A stretch of 64,000 bases of DNA from the human T2T-CHM13v2.0 reference genome, Homo sapiens. Both the position numbers and the translations under genes were made by a program. Position 1 is the first letter of the stretch. Each line of letters starts with the position of its first letter. The notes beneath the pieces are model-generated. The model was not told where the DNA came from, searched no databases, and was given only the letters and a program-made list of their open reading frames with translations. Below are positions 27,836 to 40,059 of this stretch, in pieces. Location: assembly GCF_009914755.1 (NCBI RefSeq), contig NC_060938.1. One strand, given 5' to 3'.

Positions 27836-29092
27836 AGGCAGCTGACTTTCAACAAAGATGCAAAGATAGTTCAGTGGAGAATAAAAATAGTCTTTTCAAC
27901 AAGTTGTGCTGGAACAATGGGATATTCATTCATATGCAGAAAAAAACCCTTTGATCCATACCATTCACCATATAAAAAAATTAACTCAAAGAGGATCATA
28001 GACCTAACTGTAAAACCTAAAACTATAAAGCTTCTAGAAGAAAACGTGAGAAAACTTTTGTGACCTTCGGTTAGATAAAGATGTCCTAATTATGACGCTA
28101 AAAGCATTATACTTAAAAGAAAGAAGTGATGAATTGGACCACATTGAAGTTTAAAACTTCTACTGTTCAACAGTCTGTAAGTGAAAAGACAAGCCACAGA
28201 CAGGAAGGAAACATTTGTAAATCATATATCTGACAAAAGACTTTATCCTCAATACACAAAGAACTCTCAAAACTCAGTAATAAAAAAAAATTTAATGGGC
28301 AAAATATTTGAATAACCATTTCACCAACAAAGATATACAGTAAGCAATAAAGCACATAAATGATATTCAACATCATTAGTCATTAGGGAAATGCAGATTA
28401 AAACTACAGTGATATTCCACTGTGTACCTATTAGAATGGCTCAGTGTTGCCCAGGATGTGGTAGAACTAGAATGCTCATACATTGTTGAGAAAAATAGTT
28501 TAGCAATTTTCTTAAAAGTTAAGCATATGCATACTATATGACCTAGCTGTTCCACTCCTAGGTATTTAAGAGAAATGAAAGCATATGTCTACACAAAAAT
28601 TTGCCAATGAATGTTCACAGTAGCTTTGTTTGTAATAGTCAAAAACTGGAAACATTCCAGACGTCCATTACTAGGTGAATGTGGTATGTACACAAAATAG
28701 GATACTACTACTCAGCAATAGAAAGGAATAAACTTGTGATACACATTACAACATAAATGAATCTCAAAACAATTATTCTTGGTGAATTAAGCCAAACCAA
28801 AAAAAAAAAAAGAGTGATTCCATATATATAAAATTCTAGGAAATGCAAGTTAATATGTAGTGACAAAAAATAGATTCAGTAGTTGTCTGGGGATGGCAGT
28901 GGGTGATGGAGAGAGAGATGCGGTCTTAGAAAAAGGCATGAGGAAATGTTGAGGGAGACTTTTGTTCATTGTTTGTGATTGTATAGAGGCTTCACGGGTG
29001 CATTAATATGTCAAAACCTGTCAAGGTAGATACTTTAAATATATGCAGCTTATTCTTTGTCAGTTGTACCTCTAATAGGATTGTTAGGAACA

Positions 29093-29461
29093 TGTATTAG
29101 TCCGTTCTCATGCTGCTAATAAAGACATACCTGAGACTGGTAATTTATAAAGGAAAGAGGTTCAAGTGACTCACAGTTCAGCATGGCTGGGGAGGCCCCA
29201 GGAAACTCAGAATCATGGCGGAAGGGGAAGCAAACACGTCCTTCACGTGGCAGCTGCAAGAAGAGTGAAAGCCCACCAAAGAAGGAAGCCCCTTATAAAA
29301 CCATCAGACTGCTTGAGAACTCACTATCATGGGAATAGCGTGGGGGAAGCTGCCCCCATGATTCAGTTACCTCCCACTGGGTCCCTCCCACCACACGTGA
29401 GGATGATGAGGAACTACAATTCAAGATGAGATTTGGGTGGGGACACAGCCAAACCATATCA
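29093..29461 (-). mobile_element. THE1 (THE1C/D-like) MaLR solo LTR
   Basis: 'tgtattagtccgttctcatgctgctaataaagacatacc...gagatttgggtggggacacagccaaaccatatca'; 5 bp TSD gaaca/gagca. Confidence 0.92.
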
Positions 29462-30040
29462 GAGCATTTAATGGTTAACTCTGTTGACTTAGAAAAATCT
29501 GAGGACATTTAGAAAAATTGAACATTTTAGATAACATTCCCAATGACATAGAATAAGCTATTTTGAACATTCTTTAGAAAACCTATTAGGTTCACTTTAC
29601 ATAACGGACATTTGACTGTAGCCTACTATCTAGTCTTATGTTGCTTTCCAGTCCCTTTCATTTAGGCAGATCTTTGCATTATTTTATGAAAGCAATATGT
29701 GTGTGCATACATTGATTTTAGTATTAGGCAATATCTACTTTTAAAGTATTGAAAAAGTGAGTTAGGATCACAGTTTTATAGAGTATGCAGATGTGAGGAT
29801 GTTTCTGAAATGCAGACTAGATATGCTCAAACGTGGTTATTTATCTCTCTTGCTTTCAGTTCTTATTATAAATAATACAGTGAATAAAAGATGGATAGCT
29901 TCTAACTCTAGAATGAAGAGTTCAGGCTTAAGAGTGAGAGCTATCACTGGAAAATGTCCTTCTCAATTCAGAACTACAGCACAATTCATGTTGCAGACCA
30001 ATGTAGTGGGACCCAGTTTCCACCTATGTTCACGGTAAGC

Positions 30041-30155
30041 TTTTTTTTTAAGTTTAGGGCTACACGTGCAGGTTTATTAAATAGGTAAATTCATGTCATG
30101 AGGGTTTGTTGGACAGATTATTTCATCACCCAGTTATTATGCCTAGTATCCGTTA
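30041..30155 (-). mobile_element. short older L1PA (~PA11-13) 3' terminal fragment
   Basis: poly-T then 'aagtttagggctacacgtgcaggttt...acagattatttcatcacccagttattatgcctagta'. Confidence 0.8.
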
Positions 30156-32771
30156 GCTTTAGTGAGACCAGTCATTGAGAATTCAGCTTAGAAGCCTATT
30201 GAAAGGATGATGATTCTGCTACAAATGTTCCTTCCCCTTGGTGATTTCCAGTGCATGCTATATTCAAGTCATCCAGTCACAAATAACCTCAAATGGAATC
30301 ACCCAGACATACGGTGCATATGAAACTAAAGAAAAAGTTCTCAAGGTCCACACCCACAGCATCCTACAGGGTCTACCCTGGATTAATCTAGTCTCTTCTG
30401 AGACTACAGTGGGAATATTTTTTAAATGTTGTTCATCTTTGCTGTATCCACTTGCTGCAAGATTACATCTGTTCAGTTTCATTTCGGCACTGAACTTTCC
30501 CTGCCTGCAAACTAATCCTCCTCATTCTCTCGTTAAATTATTGTGATTATTTAAAGAAAAAAAAAATGTGCTTTTTCTGTCCGAATTTTCCTCTTTATAA
30601 AAAATGCTAATGGTATTGACCACATTTACTAGACAAACAGTTGCTAACAGTTTTCAGGCATGAATGTTTTTGCGGAGGGGTGTTGCATGAATGGCACCAA
30701 ATACAAAAATGTTGTTGGTGTTCTGAATTCATCGTATGAGAGACCATTGGATAGACTTGAAGGATGCTTGCTGCTGCTTTTCATGAGCTGCTGTCTCCTC
30801 TATGGACTTTGGAAAAGATTTTGTGGCTCATGGGTTATTCCCTTTTTCCTTTTCAACCCAAATGTATTTGTACATTATCATAGGTTCCTGTCTTAATTCA
30901 TAAAGGTAACCAGATTTTTGTTCCCCACTCAAAAAAAAAAGGACGTGAACTGATGAAAGCAAACTAAGGGGGCTATATTCTCTTCTCGGTGGGCTTGGCA
31001 ACATTAACATTAATGGGAGTTATAAGTGCATCAAGAAGCAAGTTCATCCCTAAGATGTAAGAGCTCCAGCCATTTGAAATTAGCCTTTGTGGGTCTCCTG
31101 TGTTCCGCAGCACCAGGGGCTAATTCTTATTCTTTTTCATCTTTCCCCTTTCTTCACTGGGCACTGATGCCTCATTACACACTGTTCCTCCCATTCTGCA
31201 GCGCCGAGTCTCTGACTCTGTCTGACTCCAATCAGGAGTTCGCAAGCATCATCCCCCAGATGTCCTAATGCCAGCTGTGGGGGACATTGTTCGAAGCTGG
31301 GGTTTTAAATTGTTCATTTGTTTATTTAAGTCTTTATCTTTTTAACCAAATGTAGTGTTACCTAAAGAGAAAGTTAACAGAGATCTCAGTTCAATAGGAG
31401 GGTTGTTGTCTAATCTTTTAAGTCATTTTCTGACTATCACTAACTTAGTGACAGCCACTTGCTTTACATTTCCAATTTTAGTGACAGGTCATAGTAGTTC
31501 CTCCCAAACCAGTGTTGGAAATAAGTCTGGGAACCCAAAAGAGGAAGAAATGAGTTTAAAGAATATAAATTCATTAATAAAAAGGAAAAATATATCCTTA
31601 ATTACTTTTGTCTGCCAGTCCCAAGGTTTGTCTTCCCAGGATAGCATATGTCTGGGCAGAAAGTCAACTATGCCTCTCTTTTGAGTATAGAATCAGGAGA
31701 TAATTTCATTTGCCTGGCCTGGAAGATGATTTTCATGATACGCCTCTCCATCATCTCCTCATTGTGCAAAGTTTCACTGGCAAACTACCCTGCACAAGCT
31801 TACAAAATAAAGTTTTTCCCTCTCCTTTTTTTTCACAATTTTGTGAAAAGTGTTGTTCTTTTTCACCAAGACCTACAGTTAGAAATGCTCTTGTATGACA
31901 AAAAAACAAAATCTCTTTATGATCTTGTTTTTCAGTAATTTACAATTCTCTCACCAGTATTTTTAAAAATTTTAAAAAATGAAACTCTTGGTTGTTCATG
32001 TTGATTACATGTGATCCATGAAATAAGGATCAAAATAGCAATGTAGCTTCAAAGAAATTTTATTTCCTATTTCAGTAGCTTTCCAAATCTTGGTTTGTTT
32101 CTATCCTAATCCCAGTATCAAACTTAACTTCATTTGATTACTGGGGTTAGTGACTCTGAAGCTGAATAACATTTTCTCCAAATATTGGGTCATAAATTAG
32201 CAAGGAGCTAGGAGAGGTTGAAAACAATACTGAATTTTAATGAACAGTTTGGATCAGGGTTGTTCTAAAAACTTTGCCCGAGAATTTAAGGCAACAGAAC
32301 ACAGGAGCAGCTTATAATTGTTTTCCAGTTGACTATCGCTGTTTTTCTCTTCATCCACTGTGCTCTTGAAACAGAGTGAGATGTATGCAAGAAACGTTTT
32401 ACATGGAAAAAGCATGCATGTCTCCTAACGTTCAGTTCATAACTGCTGCATTGTGCCATCTTCATACACTGGACTCTTTCCTTCCTACATCGTTAATGTG
32501 TTTGAGTAAGTGGTATCCTAAGAGTCAAAAGAAGCCGATAGACCTCCCTAAGAATACAGAGCTATGGCTGCCACACAGCACCAGGATTATTGTAAAAAAT
32601 TAAATCTTTATGAAATAGCACATGTTAATAGGTTTTGTAAACTACCAATGGCAGCATAGAGCAAGTACTATTAAAAGTAGGGTGGTTGTTATCTGGTATT
32701 AGGAACACTATGAGCCAAACAGACCATTCTGTGGTTGTGAGTTTTGCTTTTGTTTGTTGTCATTAAACACA

Positions 32772-32811
32772 AACATCTGAATCTTGGATGACAACATCTG
32801 AATCTTGGATG
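32772..32811 (+). repeat. 19 bp perfect direct repeat (21 bp period)
   Basis: aacatctgaatcttggatg at 32772 and 32793. Confidence 0.9.
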
Positions 32812-34789
32812 TTTCATGAGAAGAGAAAACGTAGAGGAAGAGGTGAGATGAGATGCCTACTTTTGAGGGGCAGTTAGGGGCAGTCTTAGACCGGGGGAGC
32901 TAAATATAAAATGAAAGGGGAGTCTTACCTCCAGAGCTTATAATGCCCTCGGGAATGCTAACTCTAACACTACTGCCTCAAGGAGATACCAGTTATTCAC
33001 TCACAGCATGACTCATTTTCCTTGAATACATATTTTCCAGTTATTTGCGTGAACTAGAAGTAGTTGTGAAAATAAATTTCTCTGTTCAAAACGAAGAAGG
33101 CTAATTTTTTGCCTGTAAAAATTGCTTCATCATCAATGTTTTTTAGTGTTCAAGTAAAATTGGCCACATTGTATTGCTGTTTTAAAATGATAAATGAGAT
33201 GATTATCTTACTTTTTTGTGAAAATGTATTTAACTCATCATTTTCCTTAATATAATCTATTTTAAAAAGCTTCAAGGGAGAGGAAATAGATTAAAAATAA
33301 ATGAAATCATACTTTTAAAAAATTAAATTTGAACTAGTGAATACTTGAATAAATTCTATCACTCCAGCAGAGACGGGAAACTGGGCAGCCTGGCCCTGCA
33401 GATGCTGAGTGGCCAGAGGCCTCTGGGCAGGGCTACTGGGATCTGCCCCAGGTGACAGGTGGGGCCTTGGGGTACCTGCAGCCATAGCCACTGTCCACTA
33501 GTGTGCTGCTCCTCTCTTCTGAGGGGTCTGCTAGCTCTGGAAATCTAGGAGGCTGGCAGGGAGAAACAGTAGAAATTGGTCAGAAGGCCCCTGCCGGGGA
33601 GAATGAAAAGAGGGAAAAAACAGCTCTTGTTGAATCTGGAGAACAGTGATGCCCCACTGTTCAGCTGATCTCTCTCTTTCCATTCACATTTGCGCTCAAA
33701 GTGTTTCAACACATCCAGCTGAGCCCCTTCTTTATCATCGCCCACATTCTGCTTCCCCACGCCCTGAAACCTGTTGTCTTTTCTACCCTCCACAGGCACA
33801 GACACTGTGTTCACCTCTCCAGTCACATCGACGTCCAAGCAGATGTTCTGTGGCAAAGTTACAAAGCATTTATGTCACTTTTTAAAATTAATCAAATTCT
33901 CCCTTGGAAGGAGTTTAGTTCCTCTGGCTTTAAAAGATATTATTGCTGAAAAATAAACTCTGTATACTTGCTTTTAAAGATCTTTGTATGCCTTTTGTAG
34001 GTTCAGAGTGAGGGGTGCTGGAGGACTTTTAAAGTGTGGTATTTTAAAGATGTTCTTAATTGTAAAGAGCAAACTTTACATTTGTGAAAAAGCATCTCAA
34101 AGTTAGAACATATATCTCCTAAGACTAGCTGACCTCCCTCCCGTAAACTGGTGATTTGGAGACTTCAAAATTCTGTTTATCCCATAGAAACATGTGTATC
34201 CTAGGATGGGAAATCTGAGGCTTCTTTCTCTCATAATTTTTAATAAAGTGGAATCACTAGAGAAAGTACCGGGGTTTCTTAACTTTTTAAATTGTTTTTC
34301 GTTTTCACTTTAATTGCATAAAAGGGGTAGAAAAATTCCATCAACCAAAAAAAGAAAAAGAAAAAAGCAAGTTTCTTATAGCTTGCTGTTTTTATGTGTT
34401 TCATGTTTTATAATTCCTGATAGAGATCAGGTAGTAATGTAAGGTAACTGAAAATTTAATTCAACATGTATTTCAATGAGTGATTACTATGTTCAAATCA
34501 GTGGGGATTCAAATATGGATAATATAAAAGACAGAGAGATTGAGTAGCCCAAATTCACACAGCTCATCAAATGGGCCAACTGGAGGGCACCTGCTCCTGG
34601 CCCTACAAACCCTGCCTTTCAGAAGAGGAGTTACCCTGAGGCCATTTAGAATCTATGGAACTGGAACTGACTCCAGAGGAAACAGATCCTTTGAGGACTT
34701 GTGACCAAGAATGTGCTGAGATCAGAAGGTGAGCCTTCCCCTTCCTATATTGCTGAGAAGGTTGAGGTCCTAAGAAAGCAGTCTGTTCA

Positions 34790-35400
34790 GCTTCCCTTCC
34801 CCTCTCTGAATTGACCCTTCCAGCCTAATATTCCAGGATTTCCATCATGTGTTCTCTGTGCCCTTCTCACACTGGACAATTTGCAACCTCCTAACCACAG
34901 CTTGAGGCTTCCCCTCTCTTCTCTTCATTGGTGCTACATTCTGCTCCTATTTCAGCATGGTCTCCTGGTGCTCCAGCCCCATCCTTCGGTGTTCAGGGGA
35001 ATGAATGTCCCTGCCTCAGTGGCTTCCACTGCACCAGCCTTCTCCCTTTTAGCCATCAGGCCACACTGCTCATCCTTCGCACCCTCCTCCCTGAAGCGTT
35101 TCCTAACCCCCTGAGGCAGAACTCTCAATTTACCTCTTTGTCAAAATCTATCCAATCTACAACTTCCAATTAAATGTATCTACTTTAAGATCCTTCTTTG
35201 ACCTCAAGGCTCACAAGTCTCTCTTATGAAGCTCAGTACTGCTTTGTTTATATTTTCATGTTGGCATTTTCCTTCTCCCCCCTCTTATAGGGTAATTACC
35301 TGTGTGCTTCTCTTACTATCTCAACCTGTCAGATTCCAAATTCCTTTAGGCCGGAAACTCACCATGTCCCCCATAATAGTCATCACCTAGTAGGCTTTGT
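34790..35400 (+). mobile_element. L2 LINE fragment
   Basis: pyrimidine-rich sense L2-like stretch ending 'cctgtcagattccaaattcctttaggccggaaac...cacctagtaggct'; strongly decayed. Confidence 0.45.
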
Positions 35401-36189
35401 CTCCTGACTTGGGAAGTTTTCATGAGATCCATCACGAAACTGAATTATGCAAGCTCTTTCTTAAAAAGCTGGTAAAACCAAAGTTTATAAATAAGGACTT
35501 ATCACTGAATACAGATCTGGGTAAAAAATATTTTACAGTCACTTCATGCATGTTACTGGGAGTTTCTTCAACCAGTGGAAGTTATTCTTGATTTGATTGA
35601 AGGGTAGTTGTTAAGCATCTCTGAGTTAGGGTGCTTATTAAGTTATCTTTCTTGATATCTCATAGAGGCCCCAAAATAGTTGTAGGAGTAATTAATTGCC
35701 AAACAGGCATGACAAAGCTACCCAGAGCTTTCTGCAAATAATTTTGAACATATTAATAATTTGAGAACTATATTTGTGTAGAATATTGGTGGAGAGAGAT
35801 GAGCATCCTCAGTACTGCCCTAAATTTCTTCTTGCTACCTTAGTGGTGACATGGAGAGAAGAAAGAGCACAGCCCTGGAGAGGTGAGGGTGGCAGGATGA
35901 GGGGTCCAGTCCCTGTGGGCCTTGCAGCCACACTGGTGTTTTAAACAGGAAATCAGCCTCGTTCAAAAACCATATTCTTAGCTAGCATAAGCAGCTTAAA
36001 CAGTCCTGGGGGTCATATACCACAGCAGTTTAGAGCAGTGTTATCAATTTGTTGACTATTTAAAGGTCAGAACAAACTAGAAATAAAGGACTTAAGCCAT
36101 TATCTAGTTCTTCAGCCCCCAAACCCCAAATTTGAAGGAACAGAGGCTTTTCAAACCTAGATTATTTAAAGTAATTGAACCTTTTCCAA

Positions 36190-36970
36190 ATTTAATTATT
36201 CAAAATATATTCTGAATACCTGTTTACTTAAAAGTTATACCCAAATTCCTGAAGAATTGACTGCTTAGCACTATACCAAAATTTATAGTGCAAAGCAGAA
36301 TGTAAGAAGCAATGTAAGAATTGTAGGAAAAAAGGAGCCATGAAAGTTGAGAGAGATGGATGTGCAAAGATGAATTCATGGAAGAGGCTGCACTGTGACT
36401 GGGCCTTGAAAAACAGGTAGGAGTTCTGTAAGTAGAGCTGAAGCAAAGGCCATTCTAGGTGACAGGAGCATGAGGTGGCATCGGTACAAAGATGGCAAAG
36501 GGCAGCACTTAGGGCAATAAGTAATCCACCATGGCCCGCGGATTAGGTTTGAGTGGGGCAGTAGGCAGTGTATATCTGGAACTGACTTGAGAGAACTGTC
36601 AGTATAAGCTAAAGAGTTGAAACTTTACCTGGTAGGCAACAGGAAGTCACTGCATGTTTTTAAGGCAGGGAAAGGCATAAACTAAGTACCAAGTTCAATT
36701 TGGCTGCAGTGCAGAGGATGGATTATAGAAGTGAGACAAGAGGCAGAAAGATCAAGGAGCTGTGACAGCAGCGACTGCAGAGGTGGAAGGGCAGAACCGG
36801 AGCAAGGGCAGTGGGCTTGGAAAGGCATTAAGAAGGAGTAAGCGAGGACTTGGGTACTGATTCAATATTGAGAGAAAAGAGAAAGAGAAAAAGAGAACTA
36901 GAAGGTCACTTCAGTGTGTCAATCCTGGTGACTGTGACTCAGAAAATAGGAGTACCATGAACAGAAATAT
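36190..36970 (-). mobile_element. L2 LINE fragment
   Basis: 'gggccttgaaaaacaggtaggagttc', 'ggtaggcaacaggaagtcactgcatgtttttaaggcaggg', 'tggctgcagtgcagaggatggattatag'. Confidence 0.75.
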
Positions 36971-39532
36971 GAGCAGAAAGATTATTTCCACTGTAGTCCT
37001 GACTTATCAGTTTGTTACAGATCTTTCCATTTCATGTGCCCCTTTGCTATAATAATTTGAGTAATGCTAAAAAGTAGCATAAATCAACTTGTTTATTAAA
37101 TGGGGACCTAGTACACGTTTAGATCTTGAACAAACTAAATGAGAACTAAGAGTGCATGCTGAGAATCCCCGTAGCCATATATTCCTTTCCAGAGAGTCAG
37201 TGTCTGCCCTACATATCAACCTAGTTTGATTTACTAGATTATGGTCTTTAAAAGAAAAAGAAAAATACCCGAGGCAAAAATGTTGCCCTATTTATGGCAG
37301 TACGTTCTTTGGCTTCTTGCACTTTTAATGAGAACATTGCTCTCAGGAGCACCAGTTCCTGATGAGCCCAATAGAAAGTCCATTTGCCCTTTACAAGGCA
37401 GCCATAGTGCAAGCATAGCTGGTGTCAATTTTTCCACTGCTCTTTTTGCCAGTGTTTCCCAGCCCTTGACTCAACCTCCTGGGATGAAGATATTAGCTAT
37501 TTTCCATGGCTTATTTACTCCTTGACACTTTTCTTAAGCCTGCCAACTCTGGGGCTAGTGTGGTCCTGACTTCGTAAGCTGGACAACGGGTCTGTTGGGA
37601 GTTGAGCTAGAAAGAGTCGATGCATTCTGTCGAGGCCACCAAGCCCTCACAGACGAAGATGTGATGTGCTTCGTATGAACTTATGGAACAGAGTTACACT
37701 AGTTGCTCTGTTCTGAAAGATGTTCTTGACATTTTCTTTATTGGTGAATGAATTTGTGTTTACCTTTGGCCACTTGCTGAGGTCAGGAGCATGGGAACAC
37801 CCTGTGTCGCTCTATGGAAATGCCAAGGCGGGAGGGGAAGAGGAGAAGGTGAGATCACACAAATCCAGACCAGTGCCCGTCTCGGCAGCTGTCAGACTCT
37901 GAAATCATACTTTCCCTGTTCTTCCTGACCTCACAGAAAGCAAGTGGTTGAGTTGCGGCTGGGATAGAACTGAACATTTTAAAATGCTTGCCTTAGTGAG
38001 GAGAGTGATCCTGTGCTTTTTGTTGGAATCTCACTCTCAGCGCAGAGGGGCTGAGGTTAGAGCAACTCTTTAAAACCGCAACATTTTTGTTCAGAAATGT
38101 GACATGATTTGCAGGTGGTGACAACTGATTTGACAATGACTGGTGATTTAGGTCTACCTCTAATAAGCGAATTAATCTGAGCTAAAACATAGTGATCTGT
38201 CATGTTTAGAGATACCTCAACATCTGGCTGACTTGTCCTCTGTCAGCCGAGTTTGTCCTGTGCAAATCTTCTGTCAAGTGAGGAAAAGAACTGTGGGTAG
38301 AAAATTACATGGCAGTTTTAGAGTTAGTGATGAATTTTTCTCCCAACATACCAGCTGTGCCAGCAACACTATTTTTCATGGCATTAATCAAATATCTTGC
38401 CTGCAGCACCTTCACTTTCCCAAAGGCTAAAAGATGAATCTGTCAAAAAATTTCACTGGGATTTGCCAACAGCTTTTCTAAGCTCAAATACTAGTCCAGG
38501 CACCTTAGAAGTTTGAGCAAGGCTTTTAGGAATAGCCTCGGGGAGTTAAAAGCTGTATAGGGTAATTTTCCTTTACACTAAACAAAAAATCGAAGCCTCC
38601 ATTGCAGCCAGCATGATCAAGTTTTCAAGTCTGGAAAAGGGCCAAACACTCAAGCTTTATTAATGTATTCCATTTACTGACTCATAGCAAAGTACTTTTT
38701 TGTGGTCGGAATTTTGAAATTAGCAAGGTACAAGAGCAGTTGAAGGCCATGGGATGAACTCGTTGCTTGCTCCTTGGGAAAGAAAATCCCAGAAGAGAGG
38801 AAATTTAGGTGGGGGGAATGCCACACACCCACATTCCCACAAAGATGCTGCCCACAGCTAAGAGTATTTGCCAGGATTAAGATCTGTGAAGAGCTGATGG
38901 TTTTCATTCACCACCTGTAACCTTTGTTATATCTCTCTTGCTTCCAAAATAAACATGGCATATTTGCTTTATGCCCATCGGAAGTAATGTACACTCCTGT
39001 TCCTTCTCAAAATTAATATACATTTTAGAGTAATCACTGGTGACCCTGAGATTTGCTCTGAATGAATGGGCAAAAGCTGTTACGCTGATCTGAAGTGTAG
39101 TAAATCACAGCGATCAAGGGCTGTGCCACATTAGGCATCCTGCTAAGAGTGATTTTTATAGCATCTTCTCTTCACTGTTGACTATTTCTTAAAAGACAAA
39201 GACCATTCTTTCATGCCTTAAATGGTAAAGAGAGGTCTCTAAGAGTCTTTGCCATTTCACTTCTCTGGCAATATCCTCAAGATTACTGAGCAGTTAAAGA
39301 AAAAAAAAATGGCTGACACTTGCATCTCTCCACTAGTAACTGCGTAGGAACTCAGCAATAGCTTTTAGGCACAGTAACTCGGAAGTGCATGAGACACAGC
39401 GGGGACTCAACAAATTGTGAAGCAAATGAAATCCTTGGATCAATTATATATAAAGAAATTAAACAATGTATTTTTTCACATATCCACCCTGAACAGAGAG
39501 GTATCAAATCTTGTTCTGTACATGTTTCAGGA

Positions 39533-40059
39533 CAGTGGTCCCCAACCTTTTTGGCACCAGGAACCAGTTTCATGGAAGACAGTTTTTTCATGGACTGGGG
39601 TGGAGGGATGGTTTTGGGATGATTCAAGCATATTTCATTTTATTGTGCACTTTATTTCTATTATTATTATATTGTAAAATATAATGTAATATATAATTAA
39701 ATAACTATACAACTCACCATAATGTAGAATCAGTGGGAGCCCTCAGCTTGTTTTCTTGTAACTAGATGGTCCTATCTGGGAGTGACAGAATCATCAGGCA
39801 CTAGATTCTCCTTAAGTAGTTGCAACCTAGATCCCTCCCATGCACAGTTCACAATAGGGTCCATGCTCCTATGAAGATCTAAAGCTGCTGCTGATCTGAC
39901 AGGAGGTGGAGCTCAGGTGATAAGGCAAGTAATGGGGAGCAGCTGTAAATACAGATAAAGCTTCGCTGGCTCACCTGCTGCTCACTTCCTGCTGTGTGGT
40001 CCGATTCCTAACAGGCCACGGTTGGTACCGGTCTATGGCCTGGGAGTTGGGGATCCCTA
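39533..40059 (+). mobile_element. MER1A (hAT-Charlie MITE)
   Basis: cagtggtccccaacctttttggcaccaggaacc...gggagttggggatcccta terminal inverted repeats; 8 bp TSD tttcagga/tttcaggt; 527 bp. Confidence 0.92.

Larger units (their letters stand above)
23228..29086 (+). mobile_element. near-full-length ancient L1 (L1ME lineage, L1ME1-type 3' end), decayed
   Basis: 5' region from ~23228; ORF1 relic (ORF 24436-24669 'GINSELDIAEEDISDL' resembles the ORF1p coiled coil); ORF2 endonuclease relic ~25550-26100 ('aagcagagattgtcagatt...caagacccaatatgtggcctacaagac'); RT and C-terminal relics 26560-28450; L1ME1-like 3' UTR 'aaaattctaggaaatgcaagttaatatgtagtgacaaaaaatagattcagtagttgtctggggatgg'. Confidence 0.88.

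Noticed and set aside
27503-28376. ORFs resembling L1 proteins
   Set aside because: Antisense L1PA 3' UTR and frameshifted L1ME ORF2 relics; no intact ORF2.
33490-33510. CTCF-like 'ccactagtgtgctg' (similar weak sites near 18227 and 63511)
   Set aside because: Two to three mismatches in the core motif; not supportable without ChIP data.
33360-33600. GC-rich patch as a CpG island
   Set aside because: Short and almost free of CpG.
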